Below are positions 1 through 9,625 of a stretch of 64,000 nt of DNA, piece after piece. Positions within the stretch are counted from its first letter, which is position 1, and each line of letters begins with the position of its first letter. The notes below the pieces were generated by a model, which saw only the letters and a program-made list of their open reading frames with translations, was not told the DNA's origin and did not search any database. A program made the translations under genes and the position numbers. The stretch is from a virus. Location of the stretch: positions 1 through 64,000 of IMG/VR virus record IMGVR_UViG_3300046821_000134; one strand, given 5' to 3'.

Positions 1-508
1 CGCTGCGTATAGCGTCGAAACTCCCCTCGACCCAACAGCGCAGAAACTGATCTCCGCAATCGGTTTTTAGCGAAAACTTAATCGCCGCAACGGGAGCTAT
101 CGAGCCGTCCCTTGACTGCGCCTCAGCAAGCTGCTTTGTCATGCGTGAAACAAGCCTGAACACGTCAGTCAAACTATCGCAGCCGATTCCGTTAGCCATC
201 TCCAAGAAGTGCTCTCGCCGATTTCTCTCTGCAAGAAGAGCTTCTTGAGTATCAGCAAGTTTCTTGCGCGTGGCGGCGAGTTCAGCCTCTGCAGCAATTA
301 TCTGCGGCCGATACTCTTCCTTTGCAGCCTCGTAGCCGCTCATAAAAGGTGAAGCAAGCTGCTCTTGCGCCTCTTCCAGATCAGCGATCAGGTCACGAAT
401 AATGTGTTTTGGCTTGCGCTCTACTGACCAATCAATCGGATGTCCATGTTCTATGGCGCGCTCGGCTGCGTCTTTCCACGCTTCGAGTAGTTCAGGTGTT
501 GTTTTCAT
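1..508 (-). CDS. hypothetical coiled-coil phage protein (runs off left edge)
   Basis: ATG at 508 after a GGAG RBS; frame stays open to position 1 (MKTTPELLEAWKDAA...FLRCWVEGSFDAIRS); absent from the ORF track because there is no stop in the window. Confidence 0.7.
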   Translation of the reverse strand, partial: MKTTPELLEAWKDAAERAIEHGHPIDWSVERKPKHIIRDLIADLEEAQEQLASPFMSGYEAAKEEYRPQIIAAEAELAATRKKLADTQEALLAERNRREHFLEMANGIGCDSLTDVFRLVSRMTKQLAEAQSRDGSIAPVAAIKFSLKTDCGDQFLRCWVEGSFDAIRS

Positions 509-509
509 T

Positions 510-671
510 TCAGGCTCCTGTTGCGGCGTGAATGAACGGCTTGATTACGCCCCACAGCCAAGGAACTCCAACTGCGAGTCCCCAGCCGACTACTACTCCG
601 AATATAACAAGCACGACAAGCATTGTCGCTGCGGTGTCTGCGTCAATAAACCCTTTTTGATCGTGTTTCAT
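510..671 (-). CDS. small membrane protein
   Basis: Probable start MKHDQKGF at 671; hydrophobic stretch MLVVLVIFGVVVGWGLAVGVPWLW. Confidence 0.65.
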   Translation of the reverse strand: MKHDQKGFIDADTAATMLVVLVIFGVVVGWGLAVGVPWLWGVIKPFIHAATGA

Positions 672-841
672 TTCTCTTCTCCCTTCTGCTGCCTCAGCAG
701 CTCCTCGCATTTCTGAGCGGCAAACATTCCAAGTTGTTTTACTACGGCGTACTGGCTCTCAAGTAGCTGAACTCTCTGTCGGAGAAATTCAATCTCTTTG
801 TTCGCTTTTGCAAGTGCGGACTTGTGGCGCGCTGAACTCAT
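668..841 (-). CDS. small hypothetical protein (57 aa)
   Basis: MSSARHKSALAKANKEIEFLRQRVQLLESQ...; ATGA-type overlaps with both neighbours. Confidence 0.55.
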   Translation of the reverse strand: MSSARHKSALAKANKEIEFLRQRVQLLESQYAVVKQLGMFAAQKCEELLRQQKGEEK

Positions 842-1179
842 TTCGCTTCTCCCTCGTCCAGAGCAAGTGCAGCTGCAGCGCGAACAATTGCACGGCGAGT
901 GGCTGCGAACGGATCACCATCAGCGGGCTGTTCTTCCTCGGCAATATTCCGCATGCAGTCGAAAGCCACCGCATAGGGGAAGGTAGTCAGGCACCCGTGC
1001 ATTTCCACATCGAGCCCTAGCTTCACAGCTAACCGCAGCGCATCGCCGTCGTCTTTAAGCGGATTCCAATAGATAGGCTGCCCGTCGATGTCTCGGCGTA
1101 CAACTTTTCCGTCATAAAAAGTTTCGATTTTGAACCCAGCAGCCTTCGCAGCAAGTTCCAACAGTTCACGGTCATTCAT
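838..1179 (-). CDS. hypothetical phage protein (MNDRELLELAAKAAG...WNPL..DGDALRLAV family)
   Basis: ORF with GAGGGG RBS; motif pattern recalled from proteobacterial phage proteins. Confidence 0.75.
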   Translation of the reverse strand: MNDRELLELAAKAAGFKIETFYDGKVVRRDIDGQPIYWNPLKDDGDALRLAVKLGLDVEMHGCLTTFPYAVAFDCMRNIAEEEQPADGDPFAATRRAIVRAAAALALDEGEAK

Positions 1180-1466
1180 CTCATTCCCCTCTCAACAATA
1201 ACATCCCAATTACGTTCAACAAGTTCTTCAATGATGTTAGTGTAGGATACATTCCCTTGCTTGTCAACACATTTTACGAACAAATGATCGAAACATTCTG
1301 TGACATCTGTTTCCCCAATCACCACTTGCTCTACATCAAATACGGCATCCCCTCGCTTTGTAGGATCATGCCCGTCTCCTGCTATGAATGTGCCGTACAG
1401 ATAGATGTCTGTGTCTCCGTACATCACTTTCACCTCAATTGGCTTCAGGATCATTATTGTCTCCAA
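1176..1466 (-). CDS. hypothetical protein
   Basis: ORF packed in the - strand operon. Confidence 0.6.
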   Translation of the reverse strand: METIMILKPIEVKVMYGDTDIYLYGTFIAGDGHDPTKRGDAVFDVEQVVIGETDVTECFDHLFVKCVDKQGNVSYTNIIEELVERNWDVIVERGMR

Positions 1467-1484
1467 AAATTTGAAATCTGGTTT

Positions 1485-2201
1485 TTATTTGACACTATCG
1501 CTTTGTTTTGTGAACTTTACGCCGCCTGAAATCATATCAAACTCTTGCTGAGTGATGCTACTAAAAGCCTTCACTGCTACAGGGTCTGTAAAGCGATTCC
1601 CATCTAGGAGGCTAATCAATGACACTTTGTTGACCTCAAATTGTGCCAAGATTTGAGGCCCATATACATCGCTGGCAAACCTGTCTCCAATCTGGTAGGT
1701 AACTTCTTTTTCTTCGTAGGGGAGGATGATACAGTAGATAGACTCTTTCATGTTGTAAGCCATAGTTCCACTCCTTGTTTTAATATTGAAACCCCCGTCC
1801 GGATGCTTTCCTACAATCTTACCACGAGCGCCATAGAGGAACAGGACAACATCCCCAACCTTAATCTCTGTCCACTCCTCAACAATAATCTTCCGCTCAG
1901 GGCGTGTTCCCTTGATGGGCTTAGGGCGAGGCTTACGTGGAGTGAATGCAGAACCGCCTTTGGAGAGGGGGCGGAGGTTGGATAGAGCTACATCAATAAT
2001 CACCCCATCGTTAGTTTCTGCTATCACAACTTTATCAACACCCCCGCTGTTGTCAGCCAGTGTGTCTTGGATATGCCATGCCAAGTCTTCATGTACCTTT
2101 TTTCCGTGAACTTTCCAATCAATAAACCCATACATCACATCCTCTTTCAGCGCCCCTGCTCGTTGTGCTTCTTCAACATCTTGAATTGTGGCATTTCTCA
2201 T
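1485..2201 (-). CDS. hypothetical protein with KOW/SH3-like segments
   Basis: AAGGAG RBS and own promoter; IKVGDVV and YQIGDRF segments. Confidence 0.7.
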   Translation of the reverse strand: MRNATIQDVEEAQRAGALKEDVMYGFIDWKVHGKKVHEDLAWHIQDTLADNSGGVDKVVIAETNDGVIIDVALSNLRPLSKGGSAFTPRKPRPKPIKGTRPERKIIVEEWTEIKVGDVVLFLYGARGKIVGKHPDGGFNIKTRSGTMAYNMKESIYCIILPYEEKEVTYQIGDRFASDVYGPQILAQFEVNKVSLISLLDGNRFTDPVAVKAFSSITQQEFDMISGGVKFTKQSDSVK

Positions 2202-2233
2202 GTTTATTCTCCTTGTGGCTAATGTGTGAATGT

Positions 2234-2262
2234 AATATAGCCCTCTTTCGAGGGCTTGTCAA
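2234..2262 (-). promoter_or_regulatory. sigma70 promoter whose spacer is a hairpin
   Basis: TTGACA-17-TATATT; spacer forms AGCCCTC-GAAA-GAGGGCT. Confidence 0.75.
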
Positions 2263-2265
2263 GAG

Positions 2266-2940
2266 TTATTTCAATGGGAAGGCTTTGTTAATCTGCTCTG
2301 CAATAAGAGTAGCAAGGATGACATGCTCCTTCTGCGTAACACCTGCTTCCATTCTTACTTCAAGATAATGAAGCCAGCTACGAATTGTCCCATTCACATA
2401 CAGACGAGACATAGTGAGCCCTTCTGGGAGAATTACACGAGCCACTTCCTTAGCTATCCCTGCTTTGATAGCCCACTTGTATCTCTCCTTCACAAGAGAC
2501 AAAATTTCTTCTTGAATACTCTTCCACTCAGCGTTGATAAAACGTTCTTCTTCGTTGTCAGGTTTGTCCAAGTCAATCTCTAAGCTATTCTGACGATTCT
2601 TCGTATCTTGGATACGACATTCACGAATACAGAAGGAATTCTCTAACGCAGAAACATCTTGATACCTTTGACTAAACTCTTGAAAGCTGAAGGAACGATG
2701 TCGCAAGAGCTGGCGGGCAATATCTCTTGGAGCTTCCACTTCAACAACCGCATTCGCCATCTCCAGCGGACTCCAGTGCTTATACTTGACGAGATAACTC
2801 AGGAGCTTGTCTGCTGTATCCATGTTCAATTGATTAGACGGATTGCTCACTCTTGCGCAATAGGCTACAAGTTCTTTAGCATCATCAATCCCCTCTACAA
2901 CAGGAGTTGTCACTGCAATTAGTTTTGCTTTAAATGTCAC
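2266..2940 (-). CDS. thyX: flavin-dependent thymidylate synthase
   Basis: AYCARVS, HWSPLE, RQLLRHRSFSFQEFSQRY (RHRx7SxR), ARVILP. Confidence 0.97.
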   Translation of the reverse strand: MTFKAKLIAVTTPVVEGIDDAKELVAYCARVSNPSNQLNMDTADKLLSYLVKYKHWSPLEMANAVVEVEAPRDIARQLLRHRSFSFQEFSQRYQDVSALENSFCIRECRIQDTKNRQNSLEIDLDKPDNEEERFINAEWKSIQEEILSLVKERYKWAIKAGIAKEVARVILPEGLTMSRLYVNGTIRSWLHYLEVRMEAGVTQKEHVILATLIAEQINKAFPLK

Positions 2941-2942
2941 GT

Positions 2943-3134
2943 CTAATCCTTTCCTTTATCCAATACATCAACATCTGATGCCAACACCGAGAACATATTA
3001 ACCACCTTCTTCTCATAGTGCTTCCCAGAGCTGCGCTCAATAGGCAGCAAATCCAACACTACACTCTTTGTGTAAGCTAGCTTGCTTCTGCCTATAATCT
3101 GACATGGCACCATGACAATATCCCCTATCTCCAT
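2943..3134 (-). CDS. hypothetical protein
   Basis: Probable start MEIGDIV within the 2943..3236 ORF. Confidence 0.5.
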   Translation of the reverse strand: MEIGDIVMVPCQIIGRSKLAYTKSVVLDLLPIERSSGKHYEKKVVNMFSVLASDVDVLDKGKD

Positions 3135-3135
3135 C

Positions 3136-3330
3136 TCAGCCCCCGTATCCGTCCCATTGAGGGGATAACTTACTAATCTTCCCTGTGCCCAATACACCCC
3201 ATTCACTGTAAGGTTTTGGCACTCTCTTCTGTGCATTCTGTATTGTATCAGAGATTACATACACAAATTCAACAGTGTATGGAACGTGATCTGAGCAGCG
3301 GAACTCAAATAGGAACATTGTAGCTCTCAT
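3136..3330 (-). CDS. hypothetical protein
   Basis: Packed ORF in operon. Confidence 0.5.
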   Translation of the reverse strand: MRATMFLFEFRCSDHVPYTVEFVYVISDTIQNAQKRVPKPYSEWGVLGTGKISKLSPQWDGYGG

Positions 3331-3682
3331 TCATTGTGTTCCAAGCAGCACACAACATACGTTCAATCCTATCAAACTCTGGTGCGTCTGTAAGCTGCTC
3401 TGGAGAAATTCCAGCTTGTACACGGGGCCAAAGATCACCAACAATCTGCCCACCCAACTCCACTTCACAATGAATAGCATCCACAGCGTGTGGAAATACA
3501 AGGCGCATATTGCTAAACCTTACCCAAAAAAGAGGCGGCTTATCGTTACACGTACAATCATAGTTGCTATACTTTGGTATACGGCAAACGTAGTATTTGT
3601 ATTTGTAGTCTAGCGCAAGGGGATCATTATACACCTTCCACCCCTGCCCTACAAGAATGTCTTTCAATTGGTCGAATCTCAT
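3305..3682 (-). CDS. hypothetical protein
   Basis: AGGAG RBS; packed ORF. Confidence 0.7.
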   Translation of the reverse strand: MRFDQLKDILVGQGWKVYNDPLALDYKYKYYVCRIPKYSNYDCTCNDKPPLFWVRFSNMRLVFPHAVDAIHCEVELGGQIVGDLWPRVQAGISPEQLTDAPEFDRIERMLCAAWNTMNESYNVPI

Positions 3683-3691
3683 CTTTCTCTC

Positions 3692-3925
3692 CTAAAACAG
3701 CCAATAAGCAATCTTGTTCGTAATCGTCTTTGCTACATTTGCACCAAACACTTTACGAATCAGTTTGTACAGCTTGCCCCCTTTAGAAGCATTCTGCCTT
3801 CCCTCAAACGATGCCATTTGCCAAGCATCCTTCGATGCACGATAGCAAGTAGCCTTGAGAAAAGGAGTGGGGCAGTCGCCAAGCATGTTGCTTCCTTTTG
3901 TTTTCCACCATTCATTGTATTTCAT
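3692..3925 (-). CDS. hypothetical protein
   Basis: Packed ORF. Confidence 0.6.
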   Translation of the reverse strand: MKYNEWWKTKGSNMLGDCPTPFLKATCYRASKDAWQMASFEGRQNASKGGKLYKLIRKVFGANVAKTITNKIAYWLF

Positions 3926-4272
3926 GGTTTCTTTCCTTTCTTTGGTAGTACAACACGCTCCACTTTGTCGTCAATGTAATGGAGGCGAGCTTCCTCGATA
4001 AAAAGGCTAGCCGCCATCTCGGAAAGAGGGATGCCTGCATATTGTGGCACATCCTTCCCATCCTCTATGCTTAAATAAGAGTACCACCGCTCTCCGCAAC
4101 ACTCACACCAATCCTCCCCTGATTCCTCTAAAATTGAGGCAGACCTTGCAATAGCGTCTTCTGCATTTTCGCCTTGTATAAATACAAGGTGTGCAACATT
4201 GTCATCGACAATAAAATAGCCACCACTATTGTTTTGATGGAAACAGAACCATTTCAAGTTGTTTTTGCTCAC
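3922..4272 (-). CDS. conserved phage protein (QNNSGG...CECCGERW family)
   Basis: FHQNNSGGYF and WCECCGERW motifs; GAGG RBS. Confidence 0.8.
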   Translation of the reverse strand: MSKNNLKWFCFHQNNSGGYFIVDDNVAHLVFIQGENAEDAIARSASILEESGEDWCECCGERWYSYLSIEDGKDVPQYAGIPLSEMAASLFIEEARLHYIDDKVERVVLPKKGKKP

Positions 4273-4281
4273 AATTTCCTC

Positions 4282-4467
4282 CTATTTCTCAACAATAAAA
4301 CAACGAACACATGACTGCCCTTGCCCTGCAAAAGCTGTCAACACATCCTTGATGATGAATTCATTCGTTAGATGGTCTTCAGCATCATATTCTACAAGGC
4401 TTGTTGCTGGCCTACCATTCTTTTTCTTCTTATCCTTGTATTGCACCACCACTTGTTTTGTAATCAT
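4282..4467 (-). CDS. hypothetical protein
   Basis: AAGGAGG RBS. Confidence 0.65.
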   Translation of the reverse strand: MITKQVVVQYKDKKKKNGRPATSLVEYDAEDHLTNEFIIKDVLTAFAGQGQSCVRCFIVEK

Positions 4468-4476
4468 ATTCCTCCT

Positions 4477-4932
4477 TTAGAAGCTCATCCCAAAGCCAAC
4501 AGAAACAAACCCACTGCTCTTGCCCACTGTAGGTACTACAATCACCTCTACGTGATGTGTCTTAGTGGCCTGCCAGAGAATGCTTCCAGCCCCAAGCAAC
4601 GGAGCCTTAGTGGGCATCTCCTTGCTGTTATATCCACTCACTAACCCAACCAAAGCCCCTGCAGAGACGTTCCCGATCTTCAATGGACGAGCTGTATAGC
4701 CCGCAAACGTTGATTGCTTGAAGTGGCTGTTCTTCATTGTGCCAAATGTGAGGCCATTGTCAAGAACAATCTTCACACAATTCGTCTCGGTGTTCCAATC
4801 ATGCCCATAGCGATTTTTCTCTTGGAAATGCTTCACTGTAGGGAAATATGTTACATCACCAAGGGTGATGTTTTCTGCAGCGAACGTCAGTGAACTACAG
4901 AGAACAAGCATGGAAGCGATAAGTGTTTTCAT
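4477..4932 (-). CDS. secreted outer-membrane beta-barrel protein, PagP-like
   Basis: Signal peptide ending TFA-A; HF...WN..N, G..KNS...S.FAGY, G.VSGY pattern; C-terminal alternating strand ending in Phe (VSVGFGMSF). Confidence 0.65.
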   Translation of the reverse strand: MKTLIASMLVLCSSLTFAAENITLGDVTYFPTVKHFQEKNRYGHDWNTETNCVKIVLDNGLTFGTMKNSHFKQSTFAGYTARPLKIGNVSAGALVGLVSGYNSKEMPTKAPLLGAGSILWQATKTHHVEVIVVPTVGKSSGFVSVGFGMSF

Positions 4933-4963
4933 GGAAGGCTCCTTAGAAAGAGTGTGTAATGTG

Positions 4964-4991
4964 ATTATACATACAATTCCTAAGGAGTCAA
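4964..4991 (-). promoter_or_regulatory. sigma70 promoter
   Basis: TTGACT-16-TATAAT upstream of the OMP gene. Confidence 0.7.
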
Positions 4992-5022
4992 GAAATACCT
5001 CAGAAATTTCAATTCAGCTTCT

Positions 5023-5889
5023 CTACAAATCAACAATCACAAAATTGGGATTAAAGTTTTCATATCCCACAGGATAGCACACCACCCTTGTCTTGTCAAT
5101 CTCGTAATCGCTAACATTGTGTGTATGCCCATGCACCCACAGAGGTAGATTATCCCTGTCAAACATCAATTCTGTTAGGTCTGACCAATAGTAGGCGCTG
5201 GAGGAGCTTGCCCTATAATGCTGCGAAATACTATTATAGCACGGAGCATGATGTGTTACAACCACGCATTTCTTATCTGCGGAGTTATCCAGCACATGCT
5301 TGATGTAATCCCGGCTACGTTGATGCTCTCGTAGCCACACGTTAGGCGTCAGCTTCTTGATGTACTGAAAATCATTCATTGCACGCGTGCTATCCATAAT
5401 AGCGAATGGGCTGTGCTTGTTCATGTCTGTCCACAGCGTAGCTCCTATGAAGCGTAAGCCTTCCAGATCAACGAAAGAGTTCTCAAGGATGTGCAGGTTG
5501 TACAGCCCTTGTTCCTGCTTCAAGCGTTCAGCCTTGGCGTGCCATGTGCCATAGAGGGTGTGCCATGACTCGTGATTTCCGATTACCACAACAGCGTGCT
5601 TGAACAAAGAGCAAACGTGCGTAATCCAAGAGCAGCTGTGAAAGCCAAACATCTTGTGCTCTGTCCAGAGGTCTCCTGCAAGAATAAGGATTCCTTCTGG
5701 ATCAGGCGGGGGAATGGACTTGAACATCCCTTGCAAGAATAGAGCATTGATGGCTCTCTGATGCCATACCCCTTCCTCCTTAGCTAGCTTGACAGCATTG
5801 CGAGTGGAAGGACGAGTGTATGTCCCTCCAAAGACGTGATGCACGATGGAATCAAGGTGTAGGTCAGAGGTGATGTATAGGCGTGGCAT
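5023..5889 (-). CDS. calcineurin-like metallophosphoesterase
   Basis: SDLH, AGD, GNHE, THHAP, HGHTH motifs. Confidence 0.92.
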   Translation of the reverse strand: MPRLYITSDLHLDSIVHHVFGGTYTRPSTRNAVKLAKEEGVWHQRAINALFLQGMFKSIPPPDPEGILILAGDLWTEHKMFGFHSCSWITHVCSLFKHAVVVIGNHESWHTLYGTWHAKAERLKQEQGLYNLHILENSFVDLEGLRFIGATLWTDMNKHSPFAIMDSTRAMNDFQYIKKLTPNVWLREHQRSRDYIKHVLDNSADKKCVVVTHHAPCYNSISQHYRASSSSAYYWSDLTELMFDRDNLPLWVHGHTHNVSDYEIDKTRVVCYPVGYENFNPNFVIVDL

Positions 5890-5919
5890 TAGGCTTCCTT
5901 TGTTGAGGACATGCTGCGG

Positions 5920-5948
5920 AGTGTATATGAGGAAATTGTGTGTGTCAA
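5920..5948 (-). promoter_or_regulatory. sigma70 promoter
   Basis: TTGACA-17-TACACT. Confidence 0.7.
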
Positions 5949-5970
5949 GTGGAATGTTGATGCAAGAGGG

Positions 5971-5997
5971 AAAAGCCCCGCCTAACGGCGGGGCTTG
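5971..5997 (-). terminator. intrinsic terminator after nrdJ
   Basis: AAGCCCCGCC/GGCGGGGCTT stem followed by T-run on the - strand. Confidence 0.8.
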
Positions 5998-6009
5998 GGT
6001 TAAATTATA

Positions 6010-7592
6010 TCATCCACACTTACTGGTGCCACAATTGGTGCATTTCTGGCAGCCTTCCTCGTACACCACCTTTCCCCCGCACTCTGAGCATGCAATACCT
6101 TTGGCTACCTCCCCGTTCTTGATGAACGTGCTCAAGTACTTACGAATAGCAAACAAGAAGCTACCAATGAACACATCTTCCACTTGCTCAAGGGTGGACA
6201 CTACGCTTGTCACCTTCACACCGTGCCGTAGGTTAAGGCTAATTGCTCTAGCAATCTTGCTTGGGTTATTGTCCCCAACAACTTTCTGCTCAATCTCCTG
6301 CACAAACTTCTCAGGAACTCCTTTTGTACGTGCCAGATTGAACAACAAGTCTACTGCGTTTTGTGTTGTCACCCCCTTCTCTGAGTGATTGGTGTGTACA
6401 AACAAGGCCACGGGTTTGCTGTTATCTTCCGTTAAGATGGCTGTAACGTACCACTTCTTACCTTCTGCTTTCAATCGCTTTACGACAGCAGGAAGGCTAT
6501 CAGGGAGCTTTACATCATCAAGGATAATTTCCTCATCTTCTTGTTGATCGTCCTTTGCCGATAGAACACTTGCCATAGTACCAGACCGATAAGTAGTGAA
6601 TCCCTTGATGAAGCCGGTGTTGTAGACATCAAGATACAAGTCCTTGAACTGTTCATAGCCATACTCATACGGCAGATTCACAGTTTTGCTACAAGCGGAG
6701 TCGGTGTATTTAGCAAACACCTTCAGGCTTTCAACGTGGTCAGAAACACCTAGTTGCGTTGTGGTTGCTGCCCACTCAGCACTTGCATCCCATTCTCCAC
6801 GCTCCTTCAGCCAGCGTACAGCGTAGTCCTCGCAAGGAACTTCTTTTAGTAGTCCTCGGTTCTTGTCTATCTTGTACGTCACACCATTAAATACACCCTT
6901 CAGGATTGGTTCATCCCCTTCCTTCGTCTCCTTGAAGATTTCTGTCTCATACCACTGCCCCTCAAACCAACGAGGACATGCGTGAGCAATCTCCTCCGGC
7001 ATCACTGGAACAATAACTGTACGGATGTATTCCGGCATGAAGACAGGTTCAATACCTCCAGACACAATGTTTGCAAGGATACTTGTATTTCCAGTTGGTT
7101 GCTGAGACAGCAAGCTTGAGTTACGGATGCCCGTTGTACGCAGCTTCTGCATGTAGTCCTCATTCAGTCCGAGATTCTGGATGAATGGGGCTTTAGCGTG
7201 TTCTTCAGGGTTACAATACTTGAACATCCCTTTCTCAATAGCCAAGTCAATAGATGCTTCGTAGGCTGCAATAGCGTAAGCCTTGGAAACTTCCTCACAC
7301 AGCCGGTTAGCCTCTTTAGAACCAAAGCGCACCTTGAGCATGAACAGGGCACTACCAACGCCCATCAAGCCAACTCCTACACGACGCTTATTGCGCATTG
7401 AATCAATGTACTGAGGCAGCGGGGCATTTGAGTATTCATTCACATTATCCAAGAACCTTACCATGTACTTCGTGTGCTTCTTGATGCCTTCGATATCGAA
7501 CTTACGAACGCCATTTTCCTCTGTCACAAATTGTGTGAGGTTGATACTACCCAAGCAGCATATACCGCCCGGGGCTAAAACCTGCTCTCCAC
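6010..7592 (-). CDS. nrdJ: class II (B12-dependent) ribonucleotide reductase, exon 2
   Basis: (C)GEQ...CCLGSINL, RRVGVGLMG, QPTGNTSILANIVSGGIEP, KGFTTYR, C-terminal CxxC...CxxC..SKC; no nrdB in window. Confidence 0.93.
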
Positions 7593-7867
7593 CGCTTATG
7601 TTACGGATACATCGTTTCCATGTACCCTCTGCATGTCCCCATGCAGGCCAGACTATATCACAACCCGCGAGGGGTTTCTCCCATTTCGAGGTCACTTGGC
7701 CCCTACGGCTTTCGCCTAGTCGTTGCACGTTCTCCACTGCCATTACTTTCGCATACAAACGGTACTCGTGTTTGTGGAGCTTCGCTCAGGATTGACTGTT
7801 CTAGTCTTCCCCTGAATTAGAGAGATTGTTCAAAAGCAATCGCTTGCTTAGGCCGCTAGTTTTGTTA
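7593..7867 (-). mobile_element. group I intron (275 nt, no ORF) splitting the catalytic Cys codon of nrdJ
   Basis: Removal joins AAC CCG T|GT GGA GAG CAG = NPCGEQ; 5' exon ends in U paired to G in P1 (CCGU|UA...UAGCGG); intron ends in G; P7 elements AACGACUA and GAUAUAGUC. Confidence 0.95.
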
Positions 7868-8813
7868 ACGGGTTTGTGGACTTTATATTTTCTTGGTACT
7901 TTGCAGGATTGTAGTAATTCGCCCGATCAAGGAACAACACTCCCGGTTCTGCACGATTGTATGTGGATTCCATCACAAGGTTCCACAGTTGAAGAACAGA
8001 AATTGTGTCATACACAACAACAGGATATCCTTTAGCTTTCCAATCCTTGATATTGCCATTCCATTTTGCTTTATACGACGGGTGCTCAGTATCCGGGAAC
8101 ACCAAATCCCATTTATCTAAGTCTGCAAACTTTACAGGGTCTTCTTTGAGTTTGTTCAATCGCTCCATAAACTCATCGGAGAAATTCACAGAGATGTTAA
8201 ACTTAGTTAGGCGCCCGTGTTGTTGCTTTGCAGTGATGAATTCTATGACATCCGGGTGCCAATCATCCAAGCAGCCCATCATGGCACCTTTGCGAATCTT
8301 ACCCTTGGCCTTGCTATTGCTCTTCGTTTTACCAGAGCCTGATGTGACAATCTCAGATGACTTATCAAATAACTCCATAAACTTCACAGCCCCCGGGGTA
8401 TCTACGCCGATCCCCTTGATATAAGCACCACGTGGGCGAATGTAAGAGAAGTTCTCGCCGTAGCCTCCTTCCGACGCCAGTGTTTTTGCCTGCCAGTCCA
8501 GCCGCTGCATAATGCCCTGCAGGGAGTCAATGTCGTCGACTGTGTCTGGTCCAACAAAACAGTTTGCAAGTGTTGTATTCTTGAAATCAGTGCCTGCGTT
8601 GCTATAGATACGCCCGCCTGTGGTAGATTTAAAATCTGCAAGCATGTCTCCAAACTTCTCAGTCCATTCTTGAACTTTCTCTGGTGTTTTCTCCACACTT
8701 GCAAGTGCTCTTGCTACACGAGACAGTGTATCATCGATAGTGACATCTTCATGAAACTTATACGTACTCTCCCAAACGTCTTTAGAAAAACTATCCTGAA
8801 ATTTTGTCATCAT
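7868..8813 (-). CDS. nrdJ: class II ribonucleotide reductase, exon 1
   Basis: GGRIYSNAG, NCFV, EGGYG.NFS.IRPRG, RKGAMM, HPDVIEFI, KFNISV, AEPGVLF, STNP. Confidence 0.93.
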
Positions 8814-8963
8814 TTCCCTTTTCTTGTTGTTGTAGGCCATCAATCAGCCCTTGTTGATAAATACGCTGCGAGACTTTGTACAAAGCTGTATCGAAGCTAT
8901 ACCTGACGTTCGATGTAGCAGCCATTTCCTCCGCAAACATCTTACGAATTTCATTCAAATCAA

Positions 8964-9152
8964 TCATCTCCCCTCCAATATCCTTAGCATCACTTCCGCT
9001 CTACCCTCTTTCAGTTTATCCCTTCCATTATCACAAACATGGAACGAAAGTTCCCCGCTTCTAGCAACCCTCTCAGCAAACGTCTCTGGATACAGCAAAT
9101 TGATGTTGAGAAGATTGATTGGATCAAGCCGCAGCAAATATGGGTTGAACAT
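8964..9152 (-). CDS. small hypothetical protein
   Basis: AAGGAG RBS; promoter TTGATA-17-TATAAT at 9182-9210. Confidence 0.55.
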   Translation of the reverse strand: MFNPYLLRLDPINLLNINLLYPETFAERVARSGELSFHVCDNGRDKLKEGRAEVMLRILEGR

Positions 9153-9229
9153 ATCTCTCCTTTTCTATTCGTTAGATATCTATTATACCACACGATTAGC
9201 GCATTATCAATTGCGGAATCCCCTAATTG

Positions 9230-9625
9230 CTATTCGTTAATCACAAGCTCGAAATTCTCGTTGAAATCGACAAGGAGTATATTCAAATTGTGACGCTTTG
9301 CATAGTTAATCTCGTAGGCCACCCCTTTAGACTTCTCCCATCCTGCCAGCTTCAGCACATATAGGGTGTGGCTATTATCAAGGAAAGCGTCACAGCTTCG
9401 CATCCAATTGCTCCAATCATCTGCCACTGTGGGGTCCATGTGATCCTCAAGGGCAGCCCCATGTGTGATTGGAGAATACACAGCAGACTCCACTTGAAAG
9501 AGCTGTGCAGCCGCAGCATCTACAAGAGCACGTCGACGCTGACGCAGAGCATAACGCTCTTTGTAGGAAAGACCTTCATCAATCCCTGTTGAATAGGGAC
9601 ATGCTAAATATGCAAGGTTTCTCAT
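9230..9625 (-). CDS. DUF1937 / nucleoside deoxyribosyltransferase-like protein
   Basis: YLACPYS, YSPITHG, GWEKSKGVAYEI motifs. Confidence 0.8.
   Translation of the reverse strand: MRNLAYLACPYSTGIDEGLSYKERYALRQRRRALVDAAAAQLFQVESAVYSPITHGAALEDHMDPTVADDWSNWMRSCDAFLDNSHTLYVLKLAGWEKSKGVAYEINYAKRHNLNILLVDFNENFELVINE

Noticed and set aside
7593-7867. nrdJ as a frameshifted pseudogene or two-subunit gene; ORF-track start at 7758
   Set aside because: Fully explained by a group I intron; the extra residues are intron sequence
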